64,000 nt of DNA. It comes from Moniliella sp. 'wahieum' (taxonomy: Eukaryota). The stretch spans positions 62,001 to 126,000 of the forward strand of contig RSEE01000090.1 in assembly GCA_003971905.1 (NCBI GenBank), written 5' to 3'. Each line of letters begins with the position of its first letter. Positions within the stretch are counted from its first letter, which is position 1. Positions 11,936 through 23,888 of the stretch are shown here, one piece after another. The position numbers were made by a program, and so were the translations under genes. Under the pieces are notes generated by a model. The model did no database searches. It saw only the letters and a program-made list of their open reading frames with translations, and was not told the DNA's origin.

Positions 11936-14900
11936 CTATGTTCCCCTTCTTCCTCCGTGTGATTCATAGTCGCCGTGGTTTATATCGTTAACCTTTTTCT
12001 CTGCCCCCAACGCAGCCAGTCGCGGCCAAATGCGTTTTCTTATCCTTCTTCCGTGCATCCGACTTAACGAGAATGTCAATGTTCGGAATGAAATATGCAC
12101 ATACCTGGCGAGACGATCGAGCTTACGCGCTACTGCAGTGCCTCAAGCGATGGGGGAAGACCAGGGGATGTACCACTGTTCCAGCAATGACATCAGTGCG
12201 GCACACTCTTCTTGCCCTTGTGACGAAATCAGCAGCGCACAGTGGGGGGAGCTGGAGCATAATAGTCTAACAGAATGAATGAAACAACTAAAAAGCATGT
12301 CGGGAAATGGTATCAACACGCAAAACCATTAGAGGCTTTAAATTCCCACACCTTTCTTCCCATTTACTGTGCGATTGAGTTGGGATGCGCCGCAGACAAG
12401 CGGAGTGCGTTAGTGCTATTGGCGCCACACTGTACACTCGGAGGGAAATCGGATCAACGCATGCAACACATTACCCGGATGCGAAACTTGCCAGGTAGAT
12501 TCAAGGGTGATTCCAGAGAGAGATCGAGATGGCACTCATCGGAACATTCGCTCGGCCAGAATCACATAGTTACTACGTCGACTCACCAGAGAGGGAGCAA
12601 CTTGTAATGAATTGCATTGTGTGCATATGGGCCCATACGCCGGAGGCAATAGTGTGCAAACTTGGGCTGCGAGACGATAATGGTACTGGCTGCGTCAAGC
12701 AATGCACCCGAAAAATAAGCATGCGGAATCGGCACTACTGCCCAGTGCGCTGTCATATTTCCACCAGACCAAGGACAATCCATGCCAGTTTCTCTCAGAA
12801 TTATTCAACTCCCTCTTCCCAAATAACTCCAGCTCCTGAATTTTGACCTGACGGTGAAGAAGGGGAAGAATCGACCCCAGAAATATGTCGTGCAACAGCT
12901 CAAACCAGATGACTACCGAAAGACTTTTGGTTCATATTGTTGTGCAGATTCATTGCCTGTTACATTGGTGGCACACAGTGCCACTGCTGCAACAGTGTTG
13001 TGATTTTCTTCTCCTTATCCTTTTCTGCAACTGGGACCATGGTTCTTGTGGTGGGAGCTATTCAGTGAAGGTAATGACTTTACGGCCTCCATCTACGGTG
13101 AGCTGCACAACACACATATTGCACATTCTCCGACCATATTTCAGCAACGATGACAGCGCGGTTACCCTAAATGTAGGCCCGAGGAAAAAAAAAACGTGAT
13201 AATTGGGCGTACGAGAAAGGAACCATTTGCCTTTTGCTGACCCGTAATTGATGGTGTCACTGTGTCATCGGTCTAGAGCCCATCGGCCTTCAGTGACACG
13301 TGGCCCGATGCCCACAGTGCACCGAGGCAGTGAGTTCCGGACCTTCCACGAGCTTCCATTGGCCTCCAGGCCAGGAGCCAATCAAGGCCCATAGCTATAG
13401 CTCTCCTTAGCTCTTGAATGCCATCTCCATTCCTCATCGCCAGCATCGCTAGTTAGGCCTGTGACAATCGGAACGGGAGAGTCATCTTGATTGGCAGAAG
13501 TTCAGATCAGGCAGCTTCGTACTTGATGAATACGGCACTTCACCAGACATATCGACCGCCACTGGTTAACTCTTTCCGGCTTCCAAAGGCACCAAAAGAA
13601 TATAAAGAAGACCTGAGATGGCATTGTTGTTCTATGCAGGATGCACATTGCCAGCGTCAAAATTTAGTGACGATTGATATGACGGTAGCTATGACCTTCT
13701 CACGGCTTTGCTCACTTAGCCAAACGACCGCAGCTATCGACATACCTCCTAAATCGCGCTATGCCCGACTTACTACTGGCAAGTGCACATTAAAAATGAT
13801 TTGCACTATGCTCATTTGTACCCACCAAAACCATTTCAGTGTTGGAGAAAGGAGTAGCCGCTCCTGATCTACTGGCAACATTACTGACTTTCCGATGGGA
13901 TCGGTATAATGTAAGAGCACACGCAGGGGATTGGATAATTAATTTGTCTGCTTAATGTAATAGAACAAGCTTAGGGCGCACTGATGTCGCAAACATACTG
14001 GGTGTTGTTATCCCCACTTTCGTCGGCCCGTCTGATTCGTGCTCGCTAGACACGAGTCATATCTATACACCCGATAAGGCTATCCAATCTCAGATACTGC
14101 TTGCCATTCAGATCGCAACATTTTATCATGGTAAGGGGGGTCACGCCTACGGGGCTTGTTCAAGAGCGGTCTTTCCTACCTTCGTTTTCAGAACATTCGG
14201 TTTGGTAATGCCCGGTAGTAAATTGGCTGAAACATTGTTAGTCGACCTTGAATATGGCACACTATTGAGACGCAAAGCATGCCCCACCTCCAGTTGAGAA
14301 ACCCGAAATGCAGTAGATAAAATGGATGGCATCAACTGAGGAGGGCGGAGCTTCAAGGATCTGTAGCTCTCGAACGGAAAGAAATAGGAAATGCAATCAT
14401 GAACTGATCGAGGAATGAATAAATCCTGGTTATCAAAGCCCGAAAGGAGGACGTTCCGGCGCTAATCAATAACATGCGCGCGGCCAACCAATAGGGGATA
14501 GATGACTATGATGAATAAGATGACACGCACGCAAACCCTTCTTCCGTGAGCGACGCCTTCAAATTTTTCCAATGTTGTTTTGAGCAAAATCAGTAAAATG
14601 CATTGCAACACCGAAATGAACGCACGTGTAATCTACGCGTGCAAATGAATCCGTCTCAATAAGAAATAAGAGGCCTGCGTCCGACGAGTGGGGGAGACCG
14701 CTTAACATCATGAAGTTCAATGGACTAGCAGAGATGGAAATATCATTGTCAAATCAAATTTTCTATTGACGGATCCACGTTCGACAGGTATCTCATAACT
14801 CCGTCTAAACTGTTGCAAATTGAGTTCTTTCCAACATTTGTAATATCGAGGTGTAAGATCTTGTTCCTACTGATTTCTAGATTCCCTCAACATAACCCGC

Positions 14901-16931
14901 TTCCCGTGCTGACAAAATCGGATAAAATATGAAGGTGGCAACAAGCTACTCAGTTTCATCTCACAAGTTGCCGCGAACAAGAGAACCATGTTCCAACGGG
15001 AAGGAGGGCAATATCTACGGCATCTGGAATCCATGACAGTTACAGACCTTTACGCCCTGGGCCAAAAGAAATCCAAATAAAGCGGGGAACCTGGGCATCT
15101 TGTGTGTATTGTTGGCGCCAAAAAAAGAAAAGTAGCTGCCAGCAGATCAAGTGTACCCTCTAGCAAGCAAACAGCTCAATGTCACAATGTATCGAACGTG
15201 AAAAAGTACTCTCCGGGTGACACCCTGAGGCCTGATCCTTTCTGCACAACCGCTGGGAATTCAATAGCCCGGAACAATTCCCAATGTACAAGTGACCATA
15301 GGTCAGTGCATTATGAAATGATGGAAAGGTCCAACAGTGGACTCTATCACGGCAGGATACAGAATGCTCGAATGCCATGGGCCACCTAACCAATCATACG
15401 CCATGCTGGGACGCGCATGTTGAGTGAGACGCCACCTGCGGTCCAGCCCATTCCGCCTCCGGTTTATTCCGGAGTAGATCTTCCCGAGACTTCTGCCCCC
15501 AGTAATTCATTTCCTTAGTCCACCATCTCCCTCCTCACCGGTAGCAGACCGCTGGGCAGATCTCCTCCGACAGCGCAGGTCGGCGATGCTCCCATGGTGT
15601 GGAAAAAAACCGATACTGCGCCGACACGGATGATACATCGCATATCTGCAGAATAGCCCCCAATTCCTCCACATACAGCATTTACCCATTCACGCGCTTG
15701 TTTATACGTTTGATGTTAAACGCTGTCGTATCCTGAAAAGACATTCTCTTACGAGGAATTCGCAGTATTCAATCACTTCTCGGTCATTCTTCTTCTAGTT
15801 AAAGCAACATAAGGCAAGCAAGAATAGGAAGGTTATGTCTGCTGGTTTCTGGGGCATGGGACGCGAGGAGCCGTCTGATTTCGAAATTGGCCTTTTAGTA
15901 ATTGAAGGAGATGCGTCGTACGACCTCCCTTACGGTTCCCGTCAATAGATTATCCTTATCCTTAACCACCTACATCCCAGATCCCCACGTTGCACATTTG
16001 CTCGAACGATGTTTTGTCGCTCACGCCATGACTCACATATGTACATGGTTTGCGGTTGGACGGGAATTTTATGGGCTAAAGGTGGAAGAGCCAACTGGAG
16101 AATCTTAATGACCAGAGGGCTGAGAGAGAGACAACAGAGGGCAAAAAGATTAGAAAATGAGAGGGGGTACTTAGGCAGACGAGACCCGATAGATGAGATT
16201 GGATTTTACTTGACTATACTACTGCTATGCCCGCAGGCAGACGTGTAAGAGAATCCGCCCTGTATGTGGCCGATCTGTTGATCAAGCTCGAAACGGGGAT
16301 ACGACTTGGCCTCTTCGATTTGTGCCGTGGCAAGCTCAAGACCCAGACCCTTTGGGCATGCCTAATCATAAAAGGCGCCGGTCATGTGCCCGATCGGGCA
16401 GACTCCAAACAGCCTAATACTTTCTGAAGACGACACCTTGCTTGATACATGAGATGAGGTCGATGAGGATACCCCGGCTTGTTCAGTATGCAAAGAAATA
16501 CCTCTGAAACCCGGTCCGCAAGTCAGGCACCGGGCCACAAGTGCCATCCCAGCATACGGCGCCTTGAATGTACCACTTCACATGTTTACGCATTCGCTGC
16601 GCGTATTTTCCATCCAGGGGATCCATGTTCCGGTTCCATATCTTTTGCCTCTACTACCCCCAGCTCAACGATCCACAGCCCAGCTACTTTATCATCCGCA
16701 TTAGACCGCCTCTCAAGACTCTTTTTCCCATTACCACACCCATTTACTATCGTGCTCAGCCCCATCCTTCCCTCGGTCCGGAGGAAAAGATCCGACCCTC
16801 CAGCCCCTCCCACCCCACCCCCCGGTTCGTGCGGCAAACACCCCGTACTTTCACTTTCGAGCAATCGTAGCCGCTCCTGTCTCTAGCTACCTATTAGCCC
16901 TGCCGAAACCCCCTGGAAATGCATGCGTTCT

Positions 16932-18543
16932 TTATTCGACCAACACAATGCGCGGCTCTTGCTTCCCGATCCGCAAGTGTAGCGCGCGGGGACCGGCCGT
17001 ATCAGCAAGAGAGAGAGTACGACGTGAGTCAGCCTGTCGCTCCCCATTGAGCGTCACGCCGCCGTTCTTGATCAAGCGCTGGGCCTCGGCTAGTGGGTGA
17101 TCATAAACATACAAGGTCAGTCGTAGGAGCATAGGAGAGACCAGAAAGGGGGGGTGCGTACCTTTAGACTTTGCGTTGCCCACTTGGACGACCAAGTCGG
17201 CCAGAGTCCAAGATGCAAGTGTGGCTTCAGGTACGTAGACTAGCTTGGCAGCGCGCCTGGCCGCTTCAGGATCAGTGGTTTTAGAGGGGTCAACAGCTGG
17301 GGCCAGGACAGCTTCGATGTCTTGGCGAGATGCGGTGCGCCACGCTTCGCCTCCCAGCAACTCTTCCGCCAGTCGCACATCTTCCACCGCCTTGTCTCCA
17401 CGCACAAGGCGTGTCGCCTCGTCCGCCAACAGGCGCTGTAGTCCTCGTTCGGACGCCTTAGCCTTACCGTGGGATAGATGTTTTCTTCCGCAGCGCGGAT
17501 CGCAGTCTCTGGGAGTAAGGTCAAAGCACGCAACGCCTTGCCCGCATCCACGTCACCCAAGCGATAAAAGTATTGATAAAAGTCCACGTGCGGCAAAAGG
17601 GTGGGGGTCAGCCAGAGCGCATTCCCGGCCGACTTGCCGATCTTTTGCCCAGACGAGGTAAGGAGGAGGGGAAGGGTGATGCCATAGGCCGGCTCATGCC
17701 CGACGTCGGCCGCCGACTCATTCGAAGACGAGGCCCGTTTGCGCAAAATGAGCTCTACGCCAGCCATAATATTGCCCATCTGGTCCGACCCACCCAACTG
17801 GATGGTACAGCCGCGGTGGGCGTGGAGGTGGTAGAAATCAAAGGCCTGCAAGAGCTGGTAGGTGAATTCGGTAAGCTCATCCCAGCCGCCTGTCCACCAT
17901 CACTGCGACTCAGGCGTGAGGCGACGACTCCCTGGCGAGCATATCGGACATGCGAGCGTGCTTGCCCACGTCTCTGAGAAACTCCAGCAGGCTCACCCCG
18001 GCGGTCCAGTCGGTATTGTCGGTAACGTCAATGGCGAGCGGAGTAGGTCCAAACAGGGCGTTGGTCCGATCCTGGATATGTAGCAGGAGCTCATCGACCT
18101 GGGCACGCAGCGCACGTGCGTTGCGATGAAGGGTTTCACTGTCGAGCTGGTTGCGTTCGGTGTTGCGGCCCGAGGGATCGCCGATCGAGCCGGTTGCGCT
18201 GCCAATGACGACGATGCCTCGGTGCCCGGCGCGAGCGAGGTGGGCGAGGCAAGATGGGAATCAAGTGGCCGACATGCAGCGACGCGGCGGTGGGGTCGAC
18301 GCCGACGTAGATGGTGCGGGCGGCGGTGGCCATGGTGTGGGGTCGACGGCTCGGGAGGACACGTCCTGCACCAGCCCGCGTGCGCGCAGCCGCGAGCCCG
18401 AGGCGAGCGCGGCGGGTGGGGAGGCGGCGGAGGTGAGGTGCGGTGTGTGGGGGCGGTGCGAGAGCGGGTGGGAGAGCAAGTGGGCGAGAGGGGGCACGCA
18501 GGCTGCCCCGCGGCGCACAACGCAGGCTGCGCGCAGCAAGCAT
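16932..18543 (-). CDS. MSY1: Tyrosyl-tRNA synthetase, mitochondrial/bacterial type (frameshifted in assembly; short introns)
   Basis: YVGVDPTAASLHVGHL (HIGH motif), IGDPSGRSTER, QAFDFYHL, QLGGSDQMGNI, KIGKSAGNALWL (KMSKS motif), C-terminal S4-like AQRLIKNGGVTLNG. Arg-rich presequence MLAARSLRC. Confidence 0.93.
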
Positions 18544-18638
18544 GGCGCGGAGGAGATGGAGGTGGTGGGGCTGGGGAATGTATTTACCCCACCCGTCACT
18601 GAGAAGGTTCCCAGCCGCTTCGACCTTCCTGGTGCAGG

Positions 18639-18871
18639 TCACGTGCTCACGTGCTCACGTGCTCACGTGCCGGCGGGGGTTGGCGGTAGGGATGTGACAT
18701 GTGACATGTGACGCGTCACCTGACTCGTCCTGGATGATCGATCCAATCGATGATCGATAAAAGATGAAACCAAACTTGAGTCCAAGGGGGAGAATATATT
18801 CGAGTACCCCCCTGCCCAGCACCCTCAGCTTCCTTCAAGATTCACATCGAGCGTCAAGCGTCAAGCGTCAA
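18639..18871. promoter_or_regulatory. Divergent MSY1/EF-1beta promoter with tandem motif arrays
   Basis: (TCACGTGC)x4 at 18639-18670, (ATGTGAC)x3 at 18692-18712, (GCGTCAA)x3 at 18851-18871. Confidence 0.55.
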
Positions 18872-19133
18872 GTTTTAGTATCAGTCAGAGTTCTGGCATT
18901 CGAGGTGGCATACGGAGGCGGCACAGCGGGGAGATGGCAGCCTCAGCACCGTCGGCCTCTGCGCCACCCACCCCCCTCTCCTGCTCCTTCGGTCTTTCTT
19001 CGTCACCGTGTGATACCTGCAACGAATCAACACAAAAAAATGTATGGAAGCCACTTGCCAGTGGAAAAGTATTTAAGCCGTCCATTCCATCCATCTTCGC
19101 CTTCGAACCTACGTCCCTCCATCTCTAAGTACC

Positions 19134-20032
19134 ATGTCACTCCCGACTTCCGCAACACGGCTGCCCTTGCTGGTCTTGACAAGGTCCTTGCCGAGAAGCC
19201 CTACATTGCCGGGTACGTGGCATTTTCGCCCTTCCCTTTCTTCTCTCCCCTCTCTCTGATGACCACAGCGTGCTATGGTGCATGTTTCCGAGCCCACAGC
19301 GGATTAAGACCCGGCGACTTTTTTTACGCTGTGAAGACAACCACTTCTATGGTACTCGGCTATCTCAACCCTTCCTCCTCCGCCTCGTGTTTTACCAGTG
19401 TGGCTGACACCGTGACTCTGTTGACAGGACTGAGCTTTCTCAGGCTGATGTAGCAGCCTACGAAGCTGTCGCCACAGGTGTGTTTGCCCAGTACCCCCAC
19501 GTCGGCCGCTGGTTTGCCCACATTGGCTCGTACGAGGCTGAGCACCCGTCCCTCAAAGGCGACAAGGCCGCTGCAGCTACGGCCTGTCTACATGTAGTGC
19601 TACAACAGGCGGTGTTGCTGCTACGTCTGCACCTGCTGAGGAAGGGAATGACGAGATTGACCTCTTGGCTCGGACGAGGAGGTGGACCCTGAAGCGGAGC
19701 GGATCAAGGCCGAGCGTGTAGCCGAATACGAAAGAAGAAGGCAGCTAAGGGCCCTAAGGGCCCGGCCAAGTCGGTTGTCACTCTCGAGGTCAAGCCGTGG
19801 GACGACGAGACGCCAATGGCAGAGCTGGAGAAGACGGTGCGCTCTGTTGAGCGCGATGGCTTGATCTGGGGATCCTCCAGGCTTGTTCCTGTTGGCTATG
19901 GTGTGCACAAGCTCCAGATCACGCTCGTCGTTGAGGATGACAAGGTATCGCTGGACGACGTGCAGGAGAGTATCGAAACAGATGGTGAGGACTATGTCCA
20001 GTCAATGACATTGCCGCCATGCAAAGCTCTGA
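19134..20032 (+). CDS. EFB1: Translation elongation factor 1-beta (intron 19213-19427)
   Basis: [13 protein letters not shown] | [19 protein letters not shown], acidic DEIDL(F)[48 protein letters not shown]. Several homopolymer frameshifts. Confidence 0.95.
19252..19370 (+). ncRNA. Candidate intronic box C/D snoRNA, U18/snR18-like
   Basis: Box C TGATGA 19257-19262, guide-like TGGTGCATGTTT 19276-19287, D' CCGA 19288-19291, C'-like TGAAGA 19332-19337, imperfect D (CTCA) 19364-19367. The yeast EFB1 intron hosts snR18. Confidence 0.5.
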
Positions 20033-23000
20033 GGCGGCATGCTTGAGTTTGTATTGGGGGTACTCTCTCGTTTTGGCTCTGGGGCTGATATGAGGCGCTG
20101 GTGAACCCATCCTCAATTCTCTCTCTCTCCCATATATATCCATCCAACTAACCATTGCCCCAGGGCGGGCGCCGCCATGGGGCCCGCCCTGGGGTTTTGG
20201 GGTACAGTCCCTTAGGCGACGGTAGGTCGACTCACGGTAGTTTCGGGCTTGGGTGGTTGGTGGATCCGAGTGGAGCTAGGGACGAGGAGAGGCCTTTGGT
20301 GGGGCGGCTGCTCGTGTGGCAAGGCTGCGTCTGCACAGGCTTGGGCCGTAGTAACGTGTCTGAAGCCTCCGAGACTTAGGGACGGGAGGATACAGAGGGG
20401 GACAAACATTGCCTCAACTGAGACTGGAAATCGACGCGACCACAGAGGAGGGCTCCCGCGACTGGGCTGACGGGTTGCTGAAGGACGAGAGGTCGGAGGA
20501 GAAGTCGGACACTAACAAGAGGAAGCTGCCTGTCCCGGATCAATTGGCTGGAAAACGGGCAGGGGTCGGATAGGATAGGCGGGAAGGACGAGGATAGAGA
20601 GTGGACGAGAATGGACGGTGGGGAAAGGATCCATCAACCAGGGGTACAGGCAAGATCAAAAGGGAATTAAACGGATACAAGAAGGGGTGTAGAAAGGAAG
20701 AGAGTCAAAGGTGGGGTTGTTCGCCGCAGGCGCCACTGAGAAAGGAAAAGGAAACGGGGACAGAGGCGACAGTCGTCGCAACGACACTGGAAGCTCGGTG
20801 GCCTTATTTAGGCCAGCCGACTTGGACTTGGGCGGAAGGCCACAATTGTTGCGCGGATGCATGGCCCCTCGGGCCATGGCGCCTAATTTAACCAACCATC
20901 ATCACACTTGGTTGGCCTGCGGTGCACGCTCTACTGGGCATGTGCAGAGCAGGCGGGCCTTAGCTTGGGTCGGACCATCTCGGGTCCGCCGCAGCCCGTG
21001 ACATTACGCTCCCTTCACAAGGCGTGTCCGCACGCCTTCCATGGATGGGCTTCTCTCTCTCCCAACAACGGGGGGGAGAGGATAAAGGAGTGTACGCTTA
21101 TACCCGTGCGCACATCTTCCTTTCACGGGAAAGTAATCGCGAGGTATGCCCTTTTCTCCTTTCGTTTGGGCATACAATCGGCGTCAAACTCCTTCCTGCG
21201 CCGACCAAACTTGGAACGGGGACTGGGTACTGGATACTTGGCACGCCCTTCCTTCCTTCGAGCGTCGGGGGTGCGAATCATAGCCATCTTGAGAGCAGGG
21301 AAACAGGTGGGGTAGAGGCGCTGTTGGCCCGCTGGCCAATGGTCGCCTCCTCTGAGACTTGGGGAGAGTACGAGCTCCGCTGGCCTGCCTGCCAGCGTTC
21401 GTACTGTTCAACATCCACTTCTGGGGTCCTATTTCAGTATCACCATCTCATGAATCTCTTTCTGTGAACGCACGCGCTGTCGCCCCCCCCCCCCCCCCCT
21501 ATTAGCCGTTTTGGTGTAGGTACGGCCTACCGTCCGCAGAACGTCAAGCGGGCAAAAGGGTACGAGGGTTACAATAGCCCTACGGGTGAGTGGTGTACAT
21601 ATGGCACAGCCTGCACGCTATAGACGCAGCGTTGGATATGTGAGTTGAGCCCGCCGAGACTTCGAAGCACTTGACTGTTATCTATTTTCCGCAATAACAA
21701 AAACCGTCGTCGACACATCATCCCCGCAATCATCATCGCAATCGCAATCGCTATAGCCATCTTCGTCACTCGCGCTGACAGTCAAGCCCTGGAGACTGAG
21801 CGCGCTGGCGCGCTCTAGTTTTCCCTCTCGGGCGACGACGGTAATAGTAAACCTTCAACTAATCTTCCTCTATATTATCCGCCCTCCTCTAGGCAGCAAG
21901 GGCGCTAATGTGGCGAACCTGGCATGTTAATTCAAAGCCAAGATCGTGTGTCATATCTCTTCGGCTTCTGGCCCACAAAGAGAAAGCTACTACTGTAGTG
22001 TTCCCATGGTCGGTACCTGTTTGACGTCATGGCGAATCTTGAGTACCTGTTATGCGGGAGATAGATACATCGGAGGAATAATACCATGCATATAACTCAC
22101 TTTCCTCACTGTTGACGGTTGACGCACACTCTAAGAGTATTTTGTAGTCTGTTCTCGTGGTTGCTTAGCAGCGACAAGGGACAAGTGACAGGTCACACAG
22201 ATACACTGGCTGTACGTATATGGGCCGTTTTGGTCTTCCTTAGTTGTTGACCCTCTTAGGGTATGTGTGTGTCTCTCATCAGGCGTTGCTGATCGTGGGA
22301 TCATTTCGATCATTGCTTCTCCTTCTTCTGGTACCAACATGACATCATTCCATGCAGCCTGAATGAATATGCCCCTCCCTTCGACGAGGGAGAAGGGGCG
22401 TCTGATCGAGTCTTCCAACTGCTATCCTCTCCAGTCTGTTCGCCCCAACCCGGCCGATGCGGCACTCCAAGGACAGGGAGAGACGGAGATCTAGCGGGGG
22501 GGCATATTGATCTGGAGCATTATGGTTTGATTTATGATAGAACAGTTGTTTGTTGGGCAGTAGTGCGGCGGGATTGCTCACTATGTGTTGCGGTGGACCG
22601 TGCGTGCGTAGGAGCTTGCCATCTATACATCCCCCGTGCTTTTTTCTCTTTGCTTCTTTCTTTCTGAAGCTTGACTTCTATGAAGCTCCACACATGATGC
22701 CACACACGCAGTACCCCGCAGACCTGTGTTTTTGTCTTCGTCGTCCGGAAAGGGGTGTTTTGGTTGCTCGATTCGGTATAAAACAGGCGATCGAGTCGCG
22801 AGGAGCTGAGGGGGGCAGGCGGAGAGAGGCGGCGGGGGATCTAGATCTAGATACACAGACTAAAACGGGGGGGGCTGGGCTGGCCTGCGGTTACTGATGA
22901 TCGATAAAGGGAGCAGCGGCAAATCAGAAGGCGGTGGGCTGCGAGGGCTGCTTGCGGTCGTCTGCCCGTCGCTGCAGAGCCAGGAACGGTGTGCGGGCGG

Positions 23001-23888
23001 GATGCATGATGGCGGCCAGGAGTGGATGATGCCGGTCCGTGGCAGGCAGCAGCAGCACCCCGCCGCAGCCGGGAGGTCATTTTCAGCGCGCAGCGTACGT
23101 ACGCACGCACCCCGCATGCATGGCTGCTGTCGCAGCAGCGCAGGGGGGCACTCTTCCGCGCGGGTCCTGCGGTCCGAAGCGGAGGGGTGCCGGTGCAGGC
23201 ACGAGCACAGCGCTGTCGTCCGCGCAGCGTTGGGGCAACCCAACGCGCAACGCAGTGCCGTGCCTCACGTAGAGCGTGGGGGGGGGGCGCGTAGGCAGGC
23301 CCAGGCCCACTGGCCTCCGCTTCGGCTGCAGGAGCACGACGCGCAATGCATGCAAGGGGGCTGCTGGCTACAAGCGAACCGCACGCAGCACGCCGCACGC
23401 AGGCCACGGTGGAATGCGTGCTGGCTGTGCCTCGGCGAGCGCGGCAGCGGCTAGCGCGCTGCATATGAATACCGCGGCGGCAGGCTGTGCCCGTGCAGCA
23501 CGCGGCACAAACGCACACCGCACCGCGCACAAACACCGGCGCCCAGCGCTGCCAGGACGCAGCGCAGGCCCGCTCAGGACGCAGCACTCGCTTGGTGCGG
23601 GCAGGCCGCCAGGGTGCAGCGGCGTTGCTTGGGACGCAGCTGCATTATGCATTGCCACCCGAGCAGCACTCCACAGTGCCCGGTGCCGCACGGCGCATGG
23701 GCCCTGCGTCACCAACTCCCCATCATCATCCTGCGCCAATTTAAGCCGCGCATATAACGCTTCTCCGGCCGCCGCCCGCATCCATCCATCCACATCCCTC
23801 TATCTCCTGTGTATATGCCTCGTCCTCTCTTCTCCTCTCTTCTCCTCTCTTCTCTCCCTCCCGCCACCCCCCCCCAAGCACGCCCGCC

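Noticed and set aside
22847..23800. Overlapping 100-270 aa ORFs upstream of the RRM gene
   Set aside because: GC-rich, Ala/Arg/Cys-biased on both strands with no motifs; likely a long promoter/5' UTR.
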